From the NCBI GenBank assembly GCA_964016885.1, contig OZ024751.1, forward strand, positions 3,410,001 to 3,474,000: DNA of 64,000 nucleotides, given 5' to 3'. Positions 1 to 14,223 of this stretch are shown here, piece after piece (position 1 is the stretch's first letter; each line of letters begins with the position of its first letter). The notes beneath the pieces are model-generated. The model made no database searches. It was not told the origin of the DNA and saw nothing but the letters and a program-made list of their open reading frames with translations. This DNA comes from Eledone cirrhosa. Lineage: Eukaryota. The position numbers were made by a program, and so were the translations under genes.

Positions 1-14
1 TGTGTGTATGTGTA

Positions 15-57
<43 letters not shown>

Positions 58-315
58 GTGTGTGTGTGAGTATATAATTACATATACATATGTGTGTGTG
101 TTTAATATGTATACGTGTGCGTGTTTGTGTACGTATGTGTTTTTGTGTTTGTTTATGTATATTTATGTGTGAGAGTGTGTGTATGTGTTTACTGTTTCGT
201 ACGTATGTGTGCGTGCTTTTTTTGTGTGTATTACTTACTACGCGTGTCTGTCCTGTTAACTGGGTCATGTATCGCTGTCAAAAATTTAAAAATGTATATA
301 TATATATATATATAT

Positions 316-2034
316 AATTGCTCTTCTTTGAACCTAAATTTATGGTTTGGTACTTCTGAAGTGATTGGCTGGTTCAACAAATTGGATAATAAAAACACCC
401 TAAAATTTATTCAATTTGATATTGCCAGCTACTATTCCTCCATTTCGCCTTCACTTCTCAATAATGCTCTATCTTTCGCACTTAAATATTCTGACATCAC
501 CACAGATGAACTTCACATCATCCTCACCGCACGTAAAACCATCCTAGAGTTCAACAACGAATATTGGACCAGAGCCGATACCTCTAACAACTTCGACATC
601 ACAATGGTAACATCCGATTCATCCCAATTGACTGATTTTATTGGTATCTTCATTTTGAACTCTTTGAGTCGGAAAATTCCTCAACTTCGCGGTGGAATTT
701 ATCGTGACGATGGACTCTTTACTATCCTAAATTGCAATATAGTTAACCTTAATATTATTAAGAACAATATACGTAATCTCTTTAACCAACATAACCTAAA
801 AATTGAATTTGATAATAGTATCAAACTAGCTAATTTCTTGGATGTATCTCTTAATCTTGACACTGGCCTATATTACCCTTACCATAAAAACAATGAGAAC
901 CTTAATTATGTTAACTTTAAATCTAACCATCCTACCAATATCAAGAATGCTATAGTTAATAATATTGGAAATAGAATATCTAACATATCTTCTAATAAAA
1001 ACATCTTTGATGCTAACGCCAATTACTATAATAACGCACTTTCTAAAGCCGGCTATCCAGATAAAATCAAATATAGTAAAGAAACAAATTCTAGAAAAAC
1101 TTACAGTAGAATAATTAATCATGACCATTCCAATAATTTTAATAAAAGACCTAGATACAAAAATATAATCTGGTATAATGCTCCTTTCTCCATCTCTATT
1201 AATAACAATATTCCTAAATTATTTTTTAGTGCCTTAAATAAATGCTTCCCTCACTCACATATCTATAGTAAAATATTTAACAAACACACCATCAAATTTT
1301 CGTATTCTACATCCTCCAATATTTCCAACATCATCTCTAAACACAACAATAAAATACTAAATACTAAATCTCTTCCTTCCAATATTGAATTTCATAATAA
1401 CAGTAATAGTACTCCCGACGTCATTGTAAACCCTAGGCTAACTTCTGTAAACCCAAATACAACGTCAAACACAACTTCGCTAAATGTTCATAATCCAACT
1501 CTAAATCAAGAAACTATTATTCCTATTATTCCTATCGCAAACAACTTCTCCAATCCAATTCCTTCTATAGATAACACTAGATCACTCATTAATAATCTCT
1601 CTAATTGCAACTGCCGCATTTAAAATAAATGTCCTCTCAACAACCATTGTCTCGATAAAAACTTAATTTATGAATGTAAAATTATAACTAGCACCAATTC
1701 CTTCACCTATTTTGGCTCCACTTCCACCTCTTTTAAAGCTCGTCTCTATAATCATCATTCATCTTTCAAATACAAACTTAAAAGAACTAACACTGCTCTC
1801 TCAGAACTCATATGGTCCTTAAAAGACAAAAACATTAAATATACCATCTTTTGGAAGAAGATTTCTCCTGCATCCTCATACTTGAACAGCTCTCTATCTA
1901 AAATCTGTAATCTCTGCCTAAATGAAAAATTTACCATTATCTCTAACCTAGATTCTATAATAAATAGACGCACAGATTTGTTTTCTATCTGCCTGCATAA
2001 ATTCCATAGAACTTTTCACAAAGTATACAGTTAA
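316..2034 (+). pseudogene. Penelope-like reverse transcriptase + GIY-YIG endonuclease, N-terminally truncated, one in-frame TAA at 1621-1623
   Basis: RT motifs FIQFDIASYY, GIYRDDGL, NFLDVSLNL and IIWYNAPFS. Reading through the TAA in frame gives CNCRI*NKCPLNNHCL, then NLIYEC...YFGST..FKARLYNH (GIY-YIG) and CNLCLNEK..NRR..SICLH, with a stop at 2032-2034. The first ~67 aa of track ORF 115..1623 are microsatellite. Confidence 0.92.
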
Positions 2035-3003
2035 TATTCAATTCTTTATCAATTTAGAATCTTTTCTCAAAGGCACATATACATACACCTCTTTAAAATA
2101 TACCCATCTACCTTACTTTAAAGGGCATTATACACTCTATAATACTTGTTTACTCATTACCCTCAAATCATAACATATACATCTGTTGTTTTGACGTTAG
2201 AATATTCATCCGCAATCATTATTATTTTTTCTCTCTATCATAAATCTTTTTAATCTCAATTTCATCCTTAATTTATTATTTTTTTCTCCCCATCAACGAA
2301 CTCATTATTAATACATATTAACTCTTTATTCGCATATATTATCAATTCAATCAATATACAAACTTTAACTTCACATTATTTTTCTCAAATCCTTCTACAC
2401 ACAAACCTTAATAATTTTTCTCTTCGTTAATTTTGAAATTGCCACAATACATACATTTCTTTTTTTGACGTTAGAATATTCATCCACAATTATTATTTGT
2501 TTCTCTCTATCTTCATACATAATTTCCCTTCGTTAATTTTCAAATTCCTTTAATTTATACATTATCTTCCAACGGTTCCCAACCTCTCTATGTTAAAACA
2601 ATATATCTTTTTCTCAGTTATAAAAACTATCTCTTTCTCTCTATCACCCATCTCTCCCTCTCCACCTTCACTCTCATCTCCTCCCCCTTTTTTTCATCCC
2701 CCCCTCCATAAATAAAATATTTTTTCAAAATTTTTAATTTATACAGTATTCTCCAACGGTTTTCAACCTCTCTATGCAAAAAATATATCTCCTCTCAGTT
2801 ATAAAAACTATCTCTTTCTCTCTATCACCCATCTCTCCCTCTCATCTCCTTCCCTTTTCATCCTTTACCCCCCCCCCCCCACCCCCTCTCTAAATAAAAT
2901 ATTTTTCCCAATATCACACATCAATCTAAAACCACTTTTCATGTGTTGATTTAAAACTGCACTATCCACAAGTGTTTTTTAGTCTCCATATCATGTTCTC
3001 CTG

Positions 3004-3070
3004 TTTTATCTGATGAAAACACAAATATTATTGCATGATGATGTTTGTTTTTGAAATGCGCATAATAAAA
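3004..3070 (+). ncRNA. Minimal type I hammerhead ribozyme, canonical core
   Basis: TTTTAT-CTGATGA(3010-3016)-36-nt stem-loop II-GAAA(3053-3056)-TGCGCA palindrome-TA-ATAAAA. Stem I is TTTTAT/ATAAAA; cleavage triplet AUA. Confidence 0.85.
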
Positions 3071-3329
3071 TACATGGAACTCCTTTAACCATCTTTTGAT
3101 CTTATATATTTATATATATATATATATTTTTTTTTTCTTATTTTTATTTGCGTGTGCGAATATGTAGAGGAGTGCATTCATGTATGTGTATGTATGTACG
3201 TTTTCTATGTTTGTGTGAATGTATGTATGTGCGTATATATATGTGTGTGTATGGCTATGTTTGTGTATGTGTATGCTTGTACACACACATGCGTATGTGT
3301 GTGTATGTGTGTGTGTGTGTATATGTATA

Positions 3330-3438
<109 letters not shown>

Positions 3439-3477
3439 ATATATATATATATATATATGTGTATATATATATATATA

Positions 3478-3512
<35 letters not shown>

Positions 3513-3516
<4 letters not shown>

Positions 3517-4336
3517 TAGGTATGATACATTTTATTACTAATTATATCTAAATGTTTCTTCTCTCTTCATAATGTATTTTTAACTCTGATACTGGTTCAG
3601 TCTGGTTCAAACTGAATTGGTCTGTCCCAGTCATTCATTGAGCAACATCGGTGAAGTTGGCACCCTTAACTCACAGTTGGGTGCGGATGCATTCATGTAT
3701 ATATGTGTGTGTCCGCATGTATCTGTGTGTTTTTAAATATATTAATAACTCCCTCTGGTCGAGCAATCTTTGAAGTGTGGGGACAACTAACTGGAAAGCT
3801 TCCATTACTCATACTTCTCGCCTTCTTCACTACCTCTTCTGCGGCCTCGATATGAATACCCCCTCCGCCTCCGTGGTATTTTCTTCGTGGTTATAAGAGG
3901 CTTAGCTCTGTTTCTCGACCGTTATATCGCGTGACTATCTCCCCCTCCGCCTTTTGGGATTCTTTCTCACGTCGTGTAGACGCGTTCTTGAGACTAGTAA
4001 AATGAGGTATCCTCTTGATAAGTCGGCAGACCTCGCAAGGACTCTATATCTTTGATATATTGTTTTTGTTTATGCCACGAAACTACGTAGTCGAGGAATT
4101 TAGGAACAGTTTAGGTATGATACATTTTATTACTAATTATATCTAAATGTTTCTTCTCTCTTCATAATGTATTTTTAACTCTGATACTGGTTCAGTCTGG
4201 TTCAAACTGAATTGGTCTGTCCCAGTCATTCATTGAGCAACATCGGTGAAGTTGGCACCCCTTAACTCACAGTTGGGTGCGGATGCATTCATGTATATAT
4301 GTGTGTGTCCGCATGTATCTGTGTGTTTTTAAATAT
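3513..4336 (+). mobile_element. Non-coding element with ~228-bp direct repeats (595-bp period) and a degenerate hammerhead
   Basis: 3513-3740 recurs essentially identically at 4108-4336. A hammerhead-like fold lies just before the second repeat. Microsatellites flank both ends. Confidence 0.7.
4010..4097 (+). ncRNA. Degenerate minimal hammerhead ribozyme
   Basis: TCCTC-TTGATAA (2 changes from CTGATGA)-GT(C)GGCA...TGCCAC-GAAA-CTACGTAG palindrome-TC-GAGGA. Confidence 0.65.
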
Positions 4337-4558
4337 ATATATAATATATATATATATATGTACACATATATATATATGTGTGTGGATATGTGCGTGTGTG
4401 TGTGTGTGCGTGTGCGTGTGCGTGTGTGTGTGTGTGTGCGTGTGTGCGTGTGTGTATATGTATTAATGTATGTATGTGTATATGTGTGTATATATGTGCT
4501 TGTGTAGGTAAGTGTACGTTTTTTATATATATGTGTGTATGTGTATGTGTGAATGCGT

Positions 4559-4610
<52 letters not shown>

Positions 4611-4760
4611 AAGTATGCTTTTGGTTTTTTTGTGTGTGTGTTTGCACGCGTCGTTTTATTTTATTTTATTTTTCCTTTCCTTCTCCCTTCTCCAGCCTCA
4701 CTTTCATATAGATTGTATTTTTTGGTTTGTAATCCAAATTCAATAAACAAACCAGCTTTT

Positions 4761-4819
4761 TTCCCGTTCTGAGGATTGAAAGCAAAACCTTTGCTTTAAG
4801 AAACCACTGGTAAATGGAA
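4761..4819 (+). ncRNA. Minimal type I hammerhead ribozyme, canonical core
   Basis: CCGTT-CTGAGGA(4769-4775)-stem II AAAGCAAA/TTTGCTTT-GAAA(4800-4803)-CCACTGG-TA-AATGG; cleavage triplet GUA. Confidence 0.8.
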
Positions 4820-4997
4820 TAATTGCCTTATGTTGTTTATTACATAATATAATAATATATATATATATATATAATATATACATATATATATATAATATAT
4901 ATATATAATATAATATATACATATATATATATATATATATAATATATACATATATATATATATATAATATATATATATATATATAATATATACATAT

Positions 4998-5040
<43 letters not shown>

Positions 5041-5438
5041 TATATAATATATATATATATATATAATATATACATATATATAATATATACATATATATAA
5101 TATATACATATATATAATATATACATATATATATATAATATATACATATATATATATATATATAATATATACATATATATATATAATATATACATATATA
5201 TATATATATAATATATATATATATACATAATATATACATATATATACATAATATATACATATATATATATATATAATATATACATATAATATATATAATA
5301 TATATATAATATATACATATAATATATACATATATATATAATATATACATATAATATATACATATATATATATAATATATACATGTATATACATATATAT
5401 ATACATATATATACATATATATATATATTATATATATA

Positions 5439-5480
<42 letters not shown>

Positions 5481-5481
<1 letters not shown>

Positions 5482-6239
5482 GGAACGCTGTACTAGTTTC
5501 AAGCTTGTTAGCTATCGTCAAAAAGTAACGAGCTTGAAACTAGTACAGCGTTCCATTGTCAGTGTCGAACAAACGAGCAACGGTGGTTGCTAGACACTAC
5601 GGCTTAATACGGGATGTTTGTTTACAAACACACCGAGCATTATAATAAATGTTTGGTGAATCCATACGTACATATATATATGTGTGCATGTATGTATATA
5701 TATATACATACTACTGTGCGTCTGTATACATATATCTATGTACGTATACATACTTATATTTAAGTAACAGCCGTACTAAGAGTGGGAAATGAAATTCCGT
5801 TTCATTTTTTCCGTTTATCGTTTTCGGTGCACCCGGCCGATTAACCCACTCGATATGCAAATTGAGCTACTCAGCCGTTAATATGCATAAGGAATGTATA
5901 TCCTTTCGGATGTTCAACTATCTGGCAGGAAGATATACGTTGCTGACGATAGCTAACAAGCTTGAAACTAGTACACCGTTTCTTTGTCAGTGTTCAACAA
6001 ACGAGCAACGGTGGTTGCTAGACACTACGGCTTAATACGGGATGTTGTTTACAAACACACCGAGCATAATAATAAATGTTTGGCGAATCCATACGTACAT
6101 ATATATATGTGTGCATGTATGTATATATATATACATACTACTGTACGTCTGTATACATATATGTATGTACGTATACATACTTATATTTAAGTAACAGCCT
6201 TACTAAGAGTGGGAAATGAAATTTCGTTTCATTTTTTCC

Positions 6240-6241
<2 letters not shown>
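5481..6241 (+). mobile_element. Retrozyme-like element: 428-bp partial tandem repeat preceded by an inverted 40-bp hammerhead fragment
   Basis: 5531-5814 repeats at 5959-6241. 5481-5520 is the reverse complement of TGACGATAGCTAACAAGCTTGAAACTAGTACAGCGTTCC. Confidence 0.8.
5937..5979 (+). ncRNA. Minimal type I hammerhead ribozyme, canonical core
   Basis: ACGTTG-CTGACGA(5943-5949)-AGCT/AACA/AGCT hairpin-GAAA(5964-5967)-CTAG-TA-CACCGT. Sister copies read CAGCGT, which pairs fully with ACGTTG. Confidence 0.8.
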
Positions 6242-8738
<2,497 letters not shown>

Positions 8739-9503
8739 TCTAAGAACAGTTTAAAGTTTAAGCAAAGAATCGCTGCTTTAACGGGACCTTCTGAAAATAA
8801 AAAAATTATCTTACACAAATAACACCAACAATAATAGCCATTCCAACACCACCACCACCAGGCGCTAACAAAAATATTACAACTAAAGGCCACCTTAGAA
8901 AACATACATAACCAAATGGTTTTAAATTGTTCGCCAAGAAAGATTAAAGAAATATACATTTCGTTTCGTATTTTTCCCCGTTTCACATTTTTTCTAATAT
9001 TTTATTTTATTTTATTTATTTATTTATTCATTATCTATATATTTTATTTATTTATTTCTGTGACGTCTGGATAACAAATGTTGATATTATCGTTTTAGTT
9101 TAGACCCAACATAGTCTTGATGTTTTTCAACACAAACTTCTGTTCAAAGAAAAAATGCTCTCGTCTTCGATCAGAACTCGAAGAGGCTCTGTTGTTTTTT
9201 TTTTTGTTTTGTTGTTGTTGATATTCTTGCTTTTTTTTTTTTTTCTTTTGTCGCTAAAAAAAAACTTTAGAAATATACAATAAAATACGCAACAAGTAGA
9301 AATTTCAATCCACCATTTTTTTTGGCGGGCAGGCGGCATCTTTCACTGTAGTGTGGGGGTTTTCTTCCATTGGGAGGGGGGGGGGGGACTTTGGCTATAG
9401 TGTCAGCTTTTTCTTCCATTTGCTTTTTATATTCTCTCCTTTAGTTATTTATTATTTTCTTTATTTTCTTTGTGTTTCTAGCAGCTGAAACAACCACGAG
9501 ATT

Positions 9504-9612
9504 ATATGTATATATATTTCTATACATACATATATATATATATATGTATACACATACACATATATAACTATATATACACATACACACACACATATATATA
9601 TACATATATATG

Positions 9613-9643
<31 letters not shown>

Positions 9644-10034
9644 GTATTTATATGTATATATATATATGTGTGTGTATATATATATATATGTATATATGTG
9701 TACATATATATATATACACACACACATATATATGTATGTACACACATATCTATACACATATATTATATATATATATGTATTTATATGTATATATATATAA
9801 GTGTATATATATATATGTAGAGAAATATATACACATATATATATATATATATGTACATATATATATGTACGTATATATATATGCATATATATATATGTAC
9901 ATATATATATATGTATATATATATATATATGTACATATATATATATGTATATATATATATACGTATATATATATATATACGTATATATATATATACGTAT
10001 ATATATATATATATATACGTATATATATATATAC

Positions 10035-10078
<44 letters not shown>

Positions 10079-10194
10079 GTATATATATATATATATATAT
10101 ATATACGTATATATATATATACGTATATATATATATATATATATACGTATATATATATATACGTATATATATATATACGTATATATATATATAC

Positions 10195-10244
<50 letters not shown>

Positions 10245-10279
10245 GTATATATATATATATATACGTATATATATATACG

Positions 10280-10313
<34 letters not shown>

Positions 10314-10380
10314 CGTATATATATATATATATATATACGTATATATATATATACGTATATATATATATATATATATATAC

Positions 10381-10447
<67 letters not shown>

Positions 10448-10503
10448 TATATATATATGTATATATATGTACACACATATATATATTCATATATATATAC
10501 ATA
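9504..10503. repeat. (TA)n microsatellite with periodic TACG/TACA interruptions
   Basis: Direct reading of the sequence. Confidence 0.95.
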
Positions 10504-11024
10504 TCAAGTAAGAATATTTTCGAAACACCGAGTGGGTTTGAAATTATTAGAAATGTAAGTTTTCGCCGTATTTTGACTAAAGAAATTATCCACGACAATA
10601 CAATGGGAAGGGGCAGTGCGGTTTTAATGATGTGGGTTCGACTCCCATGTACGTCAATACTCATCTTTTTCCATTTCTCCGAGGATTCTTAACCCCTCTA
10701 TCAGGCTAAATAATTTCTTTAATTTCTATAGTCAAAATACTCGATAGCTTACATTTCTAATAATTTCTAACCCATTCGCTGTTTCGAAAATATTCTTACT
10801 TGACATTACAGTCGCTAAGTTTATAGATTCTAATTTGAATGGAAAGAAACGGGTGATGTGTTGGTGTAAATGGTATCACAGTGGTCCGGATAACTAACGA
10901 TGTGGGTTCGACTCCCATGTACGTCAATACTCATCTTTTTCCATTTCTCCGAGGGTTCTTAACCCCACTATCAGGCTAAATAATTTCTTTAATTTCTTTA
11001 GTCAAAATACGGCGATAGCTTACA
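10504..11024 (+). mobile_element. 270-bp partial tandem repeat containing a tRNA-like unit, with an inverted 85-bp copy at its 5' side
   Basis: 10629-10754 repeats at 10899-11024. 10504-10588 is the inverted copy of 10720-10803. TA tracts flank both ends. Confidence 0.7.
10855..10926 (+). ncRNA. tRNA-like sequence (pseudo-tRNA or SINE-type Pol III head)
   Basis: 72-nt cloverleaf: acceptor GATGTGT/GTACGTC, D-arm GTGTAAATGGTATCAC, T-arm GTGGG-TTCGACT-CCCAT. A- and B-box-like motifs are present, with T5 at 10936-10940. The anticodon loop CCGGATA lacks U33 and purine 37. Confidence 0.6.
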
Positions 11025-11128
11025 TATATACATATGTATATATTTTATAGAATATATAGATTTATATATTATATTATATATATATATATATATATTATAT
11101 TATATATATTTTATATTATATATGTATC

Positions 11129-11159
<31 letters not shown>

Positions 11160-11210
11160 TATATTATACAAAGTGTTAAAACAACCAAATCTTTGTTTAA
11201 TACATTTATT

Positions 11211-11257
11211 TGCTGACAATTGTTTCTTCCAGGGGGAGGTCTAAAATCATCGGAGCA
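11211..11257 (-). ncRNA. Degenerate minimal hammerhead ribozyme
   Basis: Minus strand: TGCT-CCGATGA (1 change)-TTTTAG..CTGGAA-GAAA-CAATTG palindrome-TC-AGCA, followed by AATAAA. Confidence 0.7.
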
Positions 11258-11614
11258 TAGTGAATGTCAAAACGGGTGATTAAAATCCTAGTCATTCAGA
11301 ACATTTAGGTAGATACATAAGTGTTGTTAGTATCATAGACATCATGTAGAGAATCAGGAGTTAAAAATATGTTATGCTTGAGAGAACACAATTACAGGGA
11401 GCACTGATTGAAAGTGTAAGAGTTACAAGCAAAAAGTACAGGCAACAAAAGTTACAAGCAAGGAAAAATGTATGATAGGATACACATAAGATATAAGATA
11501 TAAGATATCTTAGCATATTTATAATTGTATATTAAACATATATAAGTATAAATATTCTTATTACTATATTATATTATATATATATATATATATTACTATA
11601 TTATATTATATATA

Positions 11615-11803
11615 GGGCGGTGGATTGGCAGTATCGGTAGAGGGTCGGACGCCATGCTTTCCAACATAGTTACGTCACTTTACGATCTGAGTTCAAATCT
11701 CGCCGAGGTTGACTTTGCCTTTCATCCTTACGGGGTCGATAAAATAAAGTACCAGTAATGCACTGGGTAATTGCTGCCCTTGTGCCTAAAGTAGAAACAA
11801 TTA
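11615..11803 (+). mobile_element. tRNA-derived SINE (octopus-type)
   Basis: A-box TGGCAGTATCGG, B-box GAGTTCAAATC, conserved body GACTTTGCCTTTCATCCTTACGGGGTCGATAAAATAAAGTACCAG. A second copy lies at 16231. Confidence 0.85.
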
Positions 11804-11821
11804 TATATATATATATTACTA

Positions 11822-12513
11822 TGCTTGCCAGCATTATTTCTGAATTTTGCGATTCGTTTCGCCTTTTCTTCCCGCTGAAATGCGATTCTCGCTAAATCTA
11901 TATTTGTATTAATCTCCCGAGTCTTACAATTAACTTGTTAATAATTTTTATTGACAGATTAATTGTATAAGTTTATTTTAATAACCACCCGGTTGAGAGC
12001 TTATTCCATTTGTGCTATTTATGCAATGTTTTGCATCGTATACACATACTGAATTCATTTGCCAAAATATGGGGTTTTTCCCCTTGTGAATTCCACACGT
12101 GCTTTTACGTGCCTCTGTGTCATTCACAAATTTGGTAAAGAGGAAAATACCTGTTGATAACGTGATATTCCTTGTTCGATCATTATACCTAAGGCTTATA
12201 TTTTTAAGCAGACAGTATTTTGATTTAGGTGTCATAGAAACCCTGCATTTGGATTTTAACATCAATTCCAACGGATCTAGGTCTGCGTTTTTTTTATCAT
12301 TTATTTTGTTTTGGCCTGTTTAGCTTGATTTGCTTTTTGGCTTAGGTGGTTGATGCTTTCTTGACCACTATTTCAGTTTCGTATGGCGTCTTAACATATT
12401 GTTTAGCTCTGGATGTTTAACTATGGAGCGCTTGCCAGCATTATTTCTGATTTTTGCGTTTCGTTTCACCTTTTCTACCCGCCGAAATGTGATTCTCGTT
12501 AAAACTATATTTA
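11822..12513. repeat. Diverged ~85-bp direct repeats bracketing ~520 bp
   Basis: GCTTGCCAGCATTATTTCTGA...CTATATTT occurs at ~11823-11905 and ~12430-12512. Confidence 0.7.
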
Positions 12514-12997
12514 TATTACTACATATATATTATATACATATATTATATAAATATATATATTCTATATATATATATTCTATATATATAGTGTATGTATATT
12601 ATATATATATTGTATTATATATTATATATATATGTTATATATATATATTACTATATATATATTATATTATATACATATTGTATGTATATATTATATATAT
12701 ATATTTTATATATATATACATAATATATATATATATATACATATATATTATATATATATATATTGTATGTACATATTATATATATAAATATCTATTATAT
12801 TGGGTCGACAAGTATATAATTTGTAGAAATGGAGTTGCGACCGATAGATAGTACTAGCAACTGGAAAGACCAACGGAAACATTGTTTCCGATTTGACGAA
12901 AGTCGATCGATCCTTTTATATCTTATATATATACATATATATTGTATGAAGAAATATATAAACAAGGAATCAGTGATACATTAAAACATAATTTATT

Positions 12998-13091
12998 AAC
13001 ATATCACATATGTTTCACCGACGATCAGCTCAATGCAGGATCTATTATAGATCGAACCTGACTCTGCACTTGCAAGGTCCTCAGATATGTT
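12998..13091 (-). ncRNA. Hammerhead ribozyme with long stem II and mutated cleavage site
   Basis: Minus strand: AACATAT-CTGAGGA-61 nt including the hairpin GATCTATAATAGATC-GAAA-CATATG palindrome-TG-ATATGTT-AATAAA. Stem I is a perfect 7 bp; position 17 is G. Confidence 0.75.
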
Positions 13092-13319
13092 TATCGTTTT
13101 CAAAGCATTTCTTCATACTGACAATATTCAGTCCGTTTGAACCCCATCCATTGACATCATCCTGTTTAAGCAGCATACTCATTGGCTAAGAATTTGAGGC
13201 GTCACTTCGTCCCTTGACCAGTCCAATGTGACCACTGGCTGCATTTGGCGAGCAAACTACTACCATGCGGGCGGAGCCGTGTAAAAGTATCTGCCATAGT
13301 TCAAGTCAGCTCATTCACC

Positions 13320-13915
13320 GACACACACACACATATATACGTGCGTACATACATACATACAAGCCCATACACGCACGTTAATGTATAAACATACACACAC
13401 ACATACGCACACGTATGTATACATATACATGTGCATACATGTATATACACACACATGTACGCACATATAGATACGCATACAGATACACTCCGTTGCATAC
13501 ATCCATATATACACACACATGCAGGCACACACACATACATACACAAACACACAGGCAGGCGCCCACAGACACGTACTCCCGCGCTAGTACCCGCGTGCAC
13601 CCTTATACATGCATACATACATATACACACACATACACACCGACACACACATATGTGTGTGTATATATATATATATATACACACACAAATGACACACATA
13701 AGCATAGACATAGATATATATAACTACACACGCACTCACGTATACACACACAAATATAGATACACACTTACACACACGCATAAAATTATAGGCCTACAAA
13801 CGCACACCTGCATGCATATCGACGCGCACATACCTACACATATATACACATTTGCATAAGATAAACCTACAGTTACACACCCACATACCCACCTACACAT
13901 ATAAATACAAACTAC

Positions 13916-13992
<77 letters not shown>

Positions 13993-14190
13993 TTATACGC
14001 ACACGTGTACATACACACATACGTGCATGTGTACTCATCCACGCATGCGTGTGTAGACAGCCATACATACACACACCCATCTATACACAGATATACACCT
14101 ACAAACATATGTGTATACGCACACGTACACACGCCCGCATAGGTCCACACACATACACACATATGCGTATATACACACACACATATATAC
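13320..14190. repeat. Degenerate (CA)n/(TA)n compound microsatellite
   Basis: Direct reading of the sequence. Confidence 0.9.
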
Positions 14191-14223
14191 ATCGAGTAGG
14201 GTGAGATAAGGTATTAACGTGAA

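Larger units (their letters stand above)
316..3102 (+). mobile_element. 5'-truncated Penelope-like retroelement (Naiad-like) with ~1 kb 3' UTR ending in a hammerhead ribozyme
   Basis: RT and GIY-YIG coding sequence at 316-2034, an AT/pyrimidine-rich 3' region, a hammerhead at 3004-3070, and (TA)n on both sides. Confidence 0.9.

Noticed and set aside
1621-1623. In-frame stop as selenocysteine recoding, which is reported for some Naiads
   Set aside because: The codon is TAA, not TGA, and it is not at a cysteine position; a nonsense mutation is more likely.
8737-9503. Unique island as a host exon or promoter
   Set aside because: It has no recognisable protein motif, only poly-T/poly-G runs and isolated short motifs.
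10670-10710. Minus-strand CTGATAGA...hairpin...GAAA as a hammerhead
   Set aside because: Core spacing is wrong and no stem I or III forms.
10855-10926. Functional tRNA-Ser(GGA)
   Set aside because: It has no U33, no purine 37, a mismatched anticodon stem and no long variable arm.
12855-12915. CTGGAAAGA...CGGAAAC/GTTTCCG hairpin...GAAAGTCGAT as a hammerhead
   Set aside because: The core is non-canonical and there is no stem I; at most a very decayed relic.
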